DNA from: a virus
Strand: one strand, 5' to 3'
Length of the DNA: 64,000 bases
IMG/VR virus record: IMGVR_UViG_3300027747_004417
Below the pieces are notes generated by a model. The model had not been told where the DNA came from. It saw only the letters and a list, made by a program, of their open reading frames with translations, and ran no database searches. The translations under genes were made by a program, and so were the position numbers. Position 1 is the first letter of the stretch; every line of letters starts with the position of its first letter. Positions 46,327-53,974 of this stretch are shown here, piece by piece.

Positions 46327-46396
46327 AAAACTCCTTTTTAAATATTAGCCATTCTTTGGCTACTATATTATATAGTTTTTTTAAGATATTTATTTT

Positions 46397-47176
46397 TTAC
46401 TTACGAAATTCCATCCAAGGCTGTGTCATGACATATCTCTTCAAGTCTTCAACCTTCATATTTAATATTTTGTTATAAAGCTGATAATTTTTTTGAAGGT
46501 CTGGATTATTAGTGTCGATATTTTTGTCTTTAGTGTGCTCCATGTGATATAATGGACCACTTACGCTAAAAAAAGTAGCACCCAAAGCTTTGGAGCGTAC
46601 AAGCCTCTCATAATCCTCCCAACCCCACGAGATAAAGTTCTCATTTTCCATTCCATATTGAATAAACATGGATCGGTTCCAAAATAATGCACCGCCTACT
46701 GACGAAAATAGGTGTCTGATCGATTCTATTTTTTCGATGTCAATAAAAGATAAATCGTGTTCGGCCTTGATTCTGGGGATATGTATGCGGGGTATGTCGA
46801 AACATCGACCATCATACGGAAGTATTCCCGCAATTTCAGGAACTTCGGTAAGCATCCTAGCAGCCGTAACATAGTTTTCTGGTTTGATTAGTACATCACA
46901 GTCATAGTTAACTATAATTGGCGTTCGAGATAATAGAGCCATGTCATTAAGATATCGTGTGCGGTGAAAAGGTCCATCACTTATATCAAAAATAATTCGA
47001 ACATTTGGCCTAGGTTTTATTGACGGTGCGTTCTTACCTAGCTCATAAATAATAATGTTTGTGTCAAAAAAATGAGTCAAATAGTCTACTACAAGTTCAA
47101 GGTTCTCAACACGTTCTATATGATCAGCCTTAAAAGGAATGTTAAAAGTAACATGTTTTAGTTCAATTTTGTTCAT
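46397..47176 (-). CDS. glycosyltransferase (GT2/GT7 galactosyltransferase-like)
   Basis: RTRYLN, NYDCDVL (DxD), GGALFWNR..F...G.ENENF.SWGWED.E. Confidence 0.85.
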   Translation of the reverse strand: MNKIELKHVTFNIPFKADHIERVENLELVVDYLTHFFDTNIIIYELGKNAPSIKPRPNVRIIFDISDGPFHRTRYLNDMALLSRTPIIVNYDCDVLIKPENYVTAARMLTEVPEIAGILPYDGRCFDIPRIHIPRIKAEHDLSFIDIEKIESIRHLFSSVGGALFWNRSMFIQYGMENENFISWGWEDYERLVRSKALGATFFSVSGPLYHMEHTKDKNIDTNNPDLQKNYQLYNKILNMKVEDLKRYVMTQPWMEFRK

Positions 47177-47308
47177 AACTTACCAGCCTTATATTATTAG
47201 AGCTAATAAATGGTGAATTTTAGCAATTTTTATCTTTGTTGTTGATAGATAAATTAATCATTTTATTATGTTGACCACTTGGGTAATCCACCAATTGATC
47301 AAACTAAG

Positions 47309-47381
47309 TGGAGAATAAGGGATTTGAACCCATAACCCCCGCCATGCAAAGGCGATGCTCTCCCAATTGAGCTAATTCCCC
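47309..47381 (-). tRNA. tRNA-Ala (UGC), CCA not encoded
   Basis: GGGGAAT/ATTCTCC acceptor with G3:U70, D arm AGCTCAATTGGGAGAGC, anticodon loop TT-TGC-AT, T loop GGTTCAAATCC. Confidence 0.95.
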
Positions 47382-47438
47382 GGTTATTCACTATATATAA
47401 TAGAGAGAGGATCTCTCTTTTTTAAACAATGGAGGTTT

Positions 47439-47615
47439 ATGAAAAATCTATTTTTGGTCTGTTTAATATCGGCATTGCTTTTAGGAGGCTGTTTTAAACA
47501 GGTTTCTTGTAGCTGCGGTTGTTCTAATTGCGGCAAATCATGTGTAAACCAATGTGATGGCATGAGGTGTACACCTGGTGAAAAATGTTGCGATAATTGC
47601 GTTTGCAAGAAGTAA
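47439..47615 (+). CDS. Cys-rich metallothionein-like lipoprotein (58 aa, not in ORF track)
   Basis: GGAGG RBS; MKNLFLVCLISALLLGG|CFKQVSCSCGCSNCGKSCVNQCDGMRCTPGEKCCDNCVCKK*; TAA abuts next ATG. Confidence 0.8.
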   Translation: MKNLFLVCLISALLLGGCFKQVSCSCGCSNCGKSCVNQCDGMRCTPGEKCCDNCVCKK

Positions 47616-47867
47616 ATGAGTCTTTATAAAACAAGGAGGTTTATGGTTTCATTAGCTTTAATGGTTTCTATCATATTTTTGTCTGTGATTCTTTCTGGTC
47701 CGATGTCCTTAATGTTTCGCTACATAAATATGCCTTTCTCGGCTGCAATATTTGCTTTTTTTTCAATTGCAGCGGGAGCTTACTGGTGCTGCGTTGCACC
47801 TTTTCCTATATCGTCCTTAGGAGCCTTATCGGCTTTTTGTGGTGCGATAACTTTGTCTAAGCTTTAA
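47616..47867 (+). CDS. small multi-pass membrane protein
   Basis: 83 aa, about three hydrophobic segments. Confidence 0.65.
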   Translation: MSLYKTRRFMVSLALMVSIIFLSVILSGPMSLMFRYINMPFSAAIFAFFSIAAGAYWCCVAPFPISSLGALSAFCGAITLSKL

Positions 47868-47875
47868 AAACAGAG

Positions 47876-47903
47876 GAGGTGGACTATCTTTTTAGTCCAC
47901 CTC
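47876..47903. terminator. hairpin terminator between convergent genes
   Basis: GAGGTGGACTA-TCTTTT-TAGTCCACCTC. Confidence 0.75.
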
Positions 47904-48143
47904 TTTAAATTCTTCTTTGCATAGAAACAGAACCTTTTGTTGTTCTTCGCACCATATTTCGTAGTTGTCTACGTTATGTCTTCTTACAATATATCCGTAT
48001 TCTTTTTTGCCATCGCCCAGGTTTATTTCTACTTTGACGCCCATTGGTTTCTTTTCTTTCTTCCCAAAGATGATTTCCCAATTTTTGCCCCATGTCGCTT
48101 CGTCTACGCTCTTTTTCCTTCTTTTGTCTCCTTTTCCGTTCAT
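47892..48143 (-). CDS. hypothetical phage protein
   Basis: MNGKGDKRR...VDEATWGKNWEIIFGKK motif recalled from phage small proteins; GGAGG RBS. Confidence 0.7.
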   Translation of the reverse strand: MNGKGDKRRKKSVDEATWGKNWEIIFGKKEKKPMGVKVEINLGDGKKEYGYIVRRHNVDNYEIWCEEQQKVLFLCKEEFKEVD

Positions 48144-48814
48144 ATACTTCCTCCTATCACCTCGCTAATCACGGCTTCTATAGTGTTTGAATTAAAGTTG
48201 TTAGAGACTAATATCTCTTTTATTTTTTGTGTGTCAACGCCTCTTTCTATGTTTTCCTTAACCCATTTACTCCACTCAAAAGGCATCAAGTTTCCTTCTG
48301 ATTTAATTTCGTTACCTTCTATTGTTAGTTTGTTTCTTCCATTAAAGTATGAGTCTCCATAACTTACAAAAATTTCTTCTCCCTTTTTTATGGGTCTTTC
48401 TGCTATTACGTCTGCAATCCTGTCTTTTATTTGAAACACCCATCTTGTGTTGGGTGTATCTTGATGGTTGTATACCATTCCGTACCCCATCACCATCAGA
48501 AAGAGTGCACCGTGATTTTCACAATCTTTGCATGGGCATTTATTTGTGTATAGGTAGTCAAAAATCTTTTTGTCTTTATGGTATTTTGTTCTAAAGTCCA
48601 AAATCACCAGAGGGCATCTTTCTATTAGCTCTTGGCTTTCTATATCTTCTGTTGCAAATACACCCCTATAGTGAATTTTAGAATAATCTACTTTTATCTT
48701 TTTTGGTTGAGGAAGCTCTATTGGAGATTCTGATATTTCCTCGTGATTAACGGCTATTTGCTCTTCCTGCTCCACAACCTTACTCGCAGCTTTTAGCTTG
48801 TCTTTTATGTTCAT
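48140..48814 (-). CDS. SET-domain lysine methyltransferase-like protein
   Basis: RGVFATEDI...ELIERCP, GYGMVYNHQDTPN, IAERPIKKGEEIFVSYG..YF. Confidence 0.9.
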   Translation of the reverse strand: MNIKDKLKAASKVVEQEEQIAVNHEEISESPIELPQPKKIKVDYSKIHYRGVFATEDIESQELIERCPLVILDFRTKYHKDKKIFDYLYTNKCPCKDCENHGALFLMVMGYGMVYNHQDTPNTRWVFQIKDRIADVIAERPIKKGEEIFVSYGDSYFNGRNKLTIEGNEIKSEGNLMPFEWSKWVKENIERGVDTQKIKEILVSNNFNSNTIEAVISEVIGGSI

Positions 48815-48867
48815 TAAAGTGCCTCCTGCTTATTGTAGTATTTCTTTTGCCTTTAATAAATACCTGT

Positions 48868-49725
48868 ATGGGAAAAACAGCTATTGCAATTAGAGGGCAC
48901 GAACGCGGTGCCATGACAGACAATGAATTTTCAAATGTTATATTTGAATTGTCAAATAAATATGACGTTGATATATTTTTGCATACATGGAATTTTAGCG
49001 AAGCTTCTTATAGCTGGAGAACAGTTCCCGATGAAAGATTTCACATAACTGAAGAGAAAGTAAAAAGCTACTTTTATAGAAATGAAATAAAGAAGATATT
49101 CGTAGAGGATGATGAAGAAATCGAATTGCACGGCAGAACCCTTGGCAAACTGGGCATAGTTACGGAGATTGCTATTCATCCCCATGATTTGACTAGAATT
49201 TTGCTCAGTGATTTAGGAAGTTGGGCCAAAAGGTGGGACTTAAGTCTTTTGTCTGCTAATCGTGAAAAAATATTTTGTTTTCTTCAATATGGTTGTCCAA
49301 TACTTCCATGGAAAAGAATGTGGCACGGAATATACACAGTTGTAAAGTTTATTAACGAATATGACAAATATGATCTTGTGCTCAATATAAGATTTGATAT
49401 ACTAAGATACAAAAGGTTGTTTAATCCCGGTTCGCCTTTGGTTAACTTTGAAGTTATAGACAAAATGCTGATGGAGTCCAAACCTGGCAACATTTTTACT
49501 TTTAATCGCCCAAGAAAGAGCTCTTGTATAGATAACATTTATACCGCTGAACCGGTTCCACTCCTGATGCTATGTCAGCGTTTTCATTTTAATTTAGATG
49601 ATTTACTTGAGTCTTATAGTCCTGAAGACTGGAATGCTATCCAAGAGCATTTGGTGTTCTTAGAAGCACAAAGAATTAAAGAAGCTATAAAAAATAAAAG
49701 CTTTGATCCCACTTATTTTTTATGA
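48868..49725 (+). CDS. hypothetical protein, possibly glycan-related
   Basis: AIAIRGHER, DVDIFLHTW, YDLVLNIRFD pattern recalled from viral glycosylation clusters; start moved to 48868. Confidence 0.5.
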   Translation: MGKTAIAIRGHERGAMTDNEFSNVIFELSNKYDVDIFLHTWNFSEASYSWRTVPDERFHITEEKVKSYFYRNEIKKIFVEDDEEIELHGRTLGKLGIVTEIAIHPHDLTRILLSDLGSWAKRWDLSLLSANREKIFCFLQYGCPILPWKRMWHGIYTVVKFINEYDKYDLVLNIRFDILRYKRLFNPGSPLVNFEVIDKMLMESKPGNIFTFNRPRKSSCIDNIYTAEPVPLLMLCQRFHFNLDDLLESYSPEDWNAIQEHLVFLEAQRIKEAIKNKSFDPTYFL

Positions 49726-50720
49726 AAATAGATATCGAAACTTTAAATCGTTATTACGAAGATGGCCTAGTTTCTAAGAACGAACATCCAGAGTTCCCTT
49801 TGCTTATCTGGAATTACACGCCAAAAACTCAGTATGAAAGATTATGGGACGACATAACCCTCACATGCAGAGCCTTAGTCACTGATTTTTATGGCAATGT
49901 TGTAGCAAAAAGTTTTGATAAGTTCTTTAACATTGAAGAAGAATCTATTCTTCCCAACGAGTCTTTTGAAGTATACGAGAAATTAGATGGATCTCTTATA
50001 ACTATATTTTGGTTTAGAGATCGGTTTGTTGTTGCTTCTAGGGGTTCCTTTTTTAGTGACCATGCCAAAGAAGCACAAGTTCTTCTAAATGAATATGATA
50101 CAAATTGTCTGGATAAAACAAAGTCTTATTCTTTTGAATTAATTGTACCTTGGAATAGAATAGTTTGTAATTATGGTTTTGATCGTAAGTTGGTTCTCTT
50201 GGCTAAGTTTGATGCTGACGGGAATGAATACGATATATCCAAATATAGCCCCTTTTTCACTGTTCCTAAAGTTTTTAATTTTCAAAATCTTAGTTCCATC
50301 AAAAACGTAATTCCTAAAAACGAAGAGGGCTATGTCATAAAGTTTGAAAAAGGAAAGAGGGTAAAGGTAAAAAGCGAATGGTACGTTAATGCCCACAGAC
50401 TGGTTTCTAGTGTTTCTGAAAAATTCATTTTAGAAATTTTGTCCTCCGGCGACACTGCGAATCTTTCCTGTACCTTTGCCCTGTTGCCGGACGAGGTTTG
50501 TGTTTGGGCCGAAGAGACTAAGACTAAATTTGAAAATAGATTTAATCAAATACTTTGTGAATGTAAAAACTCATTTAAGTCCTTTCCATCCAGAAAAGAG
50601 TCAGCTGCCTATTTTAACACTCAAAATTATCCTCATTTATTGTTTGCAATGTTGGACAATCAAAGTATAGATGATATGATATGGAAAATCATTAGATCGG
50701 AGATAAAAAGTGAACTATAA
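49722..50720 (+). CDS. rnl1: RNA ligase (T4 Rnl1-like)
   Basis: IWNY...CRALV...VAKSFDKFFN, EKLDGS (motif I), EGYVI (IV), RVKVKSEWY (V). Confidence 0.9.
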   Translation: MKIDIETLNRYYEDGLVSKNEHPEFPLLIWNYTPKTQYERLWDDITLTCRALVTDFYGNVVAKSFDKFFNIEEESILPNESFEVYEKLDGSLITIFWFRDRFVVASRGSFFSDHAKEAQVLLNEYDTNCLDKTKSYSFELIVPWNRIVCNYGFDRKLVLLAKFDADGNEYDISKYSPFFTVPKVFNFQNLSSIKNVIPKNEEGYVIKFEKGKRVKVKSEWYVNAHRLVSSVSEKFILEILSSGDTANLSCTFALLPDEVCVWAEETKTKFENRFNQILCECKNSFKSFPSRKESAAYFNTQNYPHLLFAMLDNQSIDDMIWKIIRSEIKSEL

Positions 50721-51144
50721 AAAAATAGTTGAAATAAGCTATGCCTTGGCGGGCAAATGTAGACACAACAAAAGGTGTAAGCATTTTAGTTTTATATTTA
50801 GAAATAAGAGGCTGATTTCTATAGGCATCAACAGTCCTAAAACTCACCCTTTGAACTTAAAATACGATTATGTCAACAAAGAAAAGCACAATATAAGTGA
50901 CATAGTTGGCACCCATTCTGAAATGCGGGCGGTCATAAAGTTAGGTTTAGATGACTATCGTGGTCATACTTTGGTTAACACAAGGATTAATAGGAACCAA
51001 GAGATAGACTATAGCTTTCCTTGCAACGGCTGTATGCAGATGACAAGAGAATTGGGTTTTGAACGTGTGATTTATACAAACAAGTTTGGTGAGTTTGAAA
51101 CTTTAGACCTTAATTCTACTGTTTTTAATATCGTAAGATCTTAA
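50710..51144 (+). CDS. cytidine/dCMP deaminase-like Zn protein
   Basis: THSEMRA (HxE) and FPCNGC (PCxxC). Confidence 0.85.
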   Translation: MNYKKIVEISYALAGKCRHNKRCKHFSFIFRNKRLISIGINSPKTHPLNLKYDYVNKEKHNISDIVGTHSEMRAVIKLGLDDYRGHTLVNTRINRNQEIDYSFPCNGCMQMTRELGFERVIYTNKFGEFETLDLNSTVFNIVRS

Positions 51145-51753
51145 TTGTGGAATTCTAGTTGTAACAGTTCCCCAATTCTTAATTACCCAACCGACAAATA
51201 CCTTCTCTGCGTTTTGTGGGCCCGTCTCGTCTGTCCTACCGTAGTACTGAAGCTCTAACTCATGAGTTGCCTCGTGAACGATTGTGCTTGCTATTTCTAT
51301 TATTGATTCTATACTGTCTCCAAACTCATTTAAGTATCTATTTATGTTCACATGTATAGTATCTGAAGGCTGCATCTGTCTCTCATCAATATCTGGTACG
51401 TACTTTTTAATCACCGCATTTGGTAGGTTCTGTAGTTTTTGATTTAGCATAAGATCTTTTGGGAATATTAGTCTCATCTTACTTAGTAGTTCGTTACCTA
51501 CAAATCTTTTATTCTCAGAGGACATGTATAGTCCATACGCACCAGCAGAAAGCGGAAGTATGGTGTTTATATTAAGCAAAAGCTTTTTTGCCTCAGGACG
51601 TGCGTTTTTATCCGCTGACCTAGTTTCGTCATAAAGCTGCACTAGTTTGACTGCTAGCTTCGATTTATCGTAAATAGCATCTATTTTAGATTCATCAACA
51701 AACTCTGTGCCCAAAGTATTTTGTTCGAACCACCTACTGAATTCTAAATTCAT
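51103..51753 (-). CDS. HExxH zincin-like protein
   Basis: STIVHEATHELE...DETGPQNAE; N-terminus MNLEFSRWFE. Confidence 0.6.
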   Translation of the reverse strand: MNLEFSRWFEQNTLGTEFVDESKIDAIYDKSKLAVKLVQLYDETRSADKNARPEAKKLLLNINTILPLSAGAYGLYMSSENKRFVGNELLSKMRLIFPKDLMLNQKLQNLPNAVIKKYVPDIDERQMQPSDTIHVNINRYLNEFGDSIESIIEIASTIVHEATHELELQYYGRTDETGPQNAEKVFVGWVIKNWGTVTTRIPQLRSYDIKNSRIKV

Positions 51754-51998
51754 TTTTTGCCTTTTTGGACTAACTTTATGAATTCACTATCGCTTAAATA
51801 TGTTTTTGGATTTTTAACGATTTTATCAACAAGGTCTTTGCCATCTGCTGATGTTATCTCGTGCCATATCTTTTTTCTAGTTACTACATCGTACTTTCCA
51901 AAGACTTCTTTTATTGCGTCCACCAAATCTATTATGGCTTTGTTTTTATTGCTTGAGCTCTCTTCTTTAATAACCGTCCAATTTTCAAATGTTTTCAT
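51750..51998 (-). CDS. small protein with capsid-targeting-like N-terminus
   Basis: MKTFENWTVIKEE; GAGG RBS. Confidence 0.7.
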   Translation of the reverse strand: MKTFENWTVIKEESSSNKNKAIIDLVDAIKEVFGKYDVVTRKKIWHEITSADGKDLVDKIVKNPKTYLSDSEFIKLVQKGKK

Positions 51999-52188
51999 TT
52001 ATCCTCTTAATTAATGTTTGTCTATAGTTTTTATCTGTTGTCCATTTGAACACGTTTAGCTTCTTTGATTTTGTTTCATTGCTATAATTTTTATTGCCTC
52101 CTCCGACTACATCTTCTCGTTGACAAAAAACCAATGCAAAACATACCGCCAATATAAACAAAAAGCTAGCTATTATTTGATTTCTCAT
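51985..52188 (-). CDS. small membrane/secreted protein
   Basis: Hydrophobic N-terminus. Confidence 0.55.
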   Translation of the reverse strand: MRNQIIASFLFILAVCFALVFCQREDVVGGGNKNYSNETKSKKLNVFKWTTDKNYRQTLIKRINENI

Positions 52189-52230
52189 GTTAAAAGTATA
52201 TATACATAATAAATCTAATTAGAAGGTCCT

Positions 52231-52551
52231 ATGGCTAATTCCTGCTTAAAAGAAGACGTCCTAAAGGTAGAATGGTTGCTTCTGAAGTGCAGATCTAGCA
52301 ATAAATACGCTCAAAACTTTTATGCCGCCTTGTGCAATAACATTTTTTGTAAATGTGAGCAAGAGTGGAGTTGTTCTTGGAGGGCTTCGGGCGATATTGT
52401 TGCCGAAATGGTTGGAAAAGGCTCCTATTTAGACTGGTATTGTTCGGGTATGTTTCCCGAAAACGGATTTATTGAAGAAGGATCAATAACGTCAGAAATA
52501 TCCAGTGACCTTTTAAACCTTGGATGGACAGCTTGCCATGATAAAATTTAA
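52231..52551 (+). CDS. conserved hypothetical phage protein
   Basis: YAQNFYAALCNN...WSCSWRASGDIVA...YLDWYCSG...EG.I..EI..DL..LGW. Confidence 0.75.
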   Translation: MANSCLKEDVLKVEWLLLKCRSSNKYAQNFYAALCNNIFCKCEQEWSCSWRASGDIVAEMVGKGSYLDWYCSGMFPENGFIEEGSITSEISSDLLNLGWTACHDKI

Positions 52552-52714
52552 AGAATGGTTAAACGCACAGTTTAAATCAGAAGGCTTTGTAAGCAAAGGG
52601 AAGGCTCAGAACAGCCTTTTTAGACCAGGCCCCAGAGACATTAAACCAAAGCCAAGAGACGTTAAATTATGTGGCACTGCTGGTGGTCCAGGACCATGCC
52701 AAAGCGGCTCATAA
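52538..52714 (+). CDS. small protein with capsid-targeting-like N-terminus
   Basis: MIKFKEWLNAQFKSE from ATG 52538. Confidence 0.6.
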   Translation: MIKFKEWLNAQFKSEGFVSKGKAQNSLFRPGPRDIKPKPRDVKLCGTAGGPGPCQSGS

Positions 52715-53974
52715 TTTGGTTTCTAGTTTACTTAGCCAACCTCTGGACTTGCTATAAGGCCATATTGTGCAACTTTTTGGTTGGCTTTTTACATTAAGAG
52801 TTACTTCTTTACTCAGCTTTTTAAACAGTAAGATATCTTTATCTTTTTCTTCTGTAAAGTCTTTTCTATATATTTCTTGGCCTTCCTCATCGTGGAAGCC
52901 AAAGTACCAAAAAGAGTAATCATCTGCGTACTCTATTTCTTCTTTAGTCCATGAAACCTCTAACGAGTACTCTGTTAGTTCTTCTGGTTTCTTCTGTCCC
53001 TCCATCTCCTTCTTCCAATCTTCTTCGGTTATTTCACCTTCGAAAGGTGGTGCTCCCTTTGGGATTGCTGGATGCAGTAATTTTTGAGAAAAGTCTACGC
53101 CTGTATAAATTTGATACTGGCTTAAAGTTTTTTCTTTTCCAAGTTCAAACTCGCCCAGGTCTACGCCAGAGTCTTCTATGCCTAGAAGTTGCTTTACTCT
53201 TTTCTTGCTTATTTCGTCTCTTTCCCACCAAGCAAGTTCTATTGTGCCCTTTTCCTTAAGATCATTGGTGTGATCTAGCCAATGTTTCTTTCTTTTATCT
53301 CTGGTGTACTCATGCCAAATTACATTTTTATTGGGATGCAATAGCTTGTACCCCATTGTAAAGCAGCGTGCACTTAATGATATGTCTGTTCCTTCAAAAT
53401 ATATTTCTGGATCATACTTGTATTCTTCGCAGAATGATCCTCTTGTAAACATAAAATGACCGCAAGCAAATCTAGCTGGGATGGGTTTGTCCACTTTATC
53501 CCATTGCATATAATCCGGTCTTAATACGGGCATATCGTTTTCATCGAACCCGGCTATACCCATTCGATAGGGCTCTATATTAAGTTTTTCTCCAGTAGAT
53601 GCTCGATACGCACCAGCGAATGAACTTAATATAGGCTTTTCTTCTCCTGATGCCTCGATCATATTGATTAACAACTCATCCCAATTCTTTTCAAACCTGT
53701 GATGAGAGTCAATCTGTAGCGTGAATTCTTCTCCATCATAAAGTTTTTGAGTTTGAGACTTTGCCCAACCTATTCCTTTGCTTTCTGTCCAATTTACGTC
53801 TATTATTTTAAACTTAGGGTTTATTAAGAACTCTTGTAGATCTTCTTTATCATCATGCTGCCAACAAATACCAAAACTTAGATCATTTGGTCTTTTTGCT
53901 TTTTTGATGCAGTCAACTATTGTTGGTTTTAGTTCTGGATCTCTGTACGACGTAATTTGTACGAATATTCTCAT
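52709..53974 (-). CDS. polypeptide GlcNAc-transferase-like glycosyltransferase (GT60 / GlcNAc family)
   Basis: IFVQITSYRDPEL..T, L.FGICWQ, LQIDSHHRF...WD..L, ACGHFMF, YDPEIYFEG, S.R.FT.GY.L.HP...WH.Y. Confidence 0.82.
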   Translation of the reverse strand: MRIFVQITSYRDPELKPTIVDCIKKAKRPNDLSFGICWQHDDKEDLQEFLINPKFKIIDVNWTESKGIGWAKSQTQKLYDGEEFTLQIDSHHRFEKNWDELLINMIEASGEEKPILSSFAGAYRASTGEKLNIEPYRMGIAGFDENDMPVLRPDYMQWDKVDKPIPARFACGHFMFTRGSFCEEYKYDPEIYFEGTDISLSARCFTMGYKLLHPNKNVIWHEYTRDKRKKHWLDHTNDLKEKGTIELAWWERDEISKKRVKQLLGIEDSGVDLGEFELGKEKTLSQYQIYTGVDFSQKLLHPAIPKGAPPFEGEITEEDWKKEMEGQKKPEELTEYSLEVSWTKEEIEYADDYSFWYFGFHDEEGQEIYRKDFTEEKDKDILLFKKLSKEVTLNVKSQPKSCTIWPYSKSRGWLSKLETKL

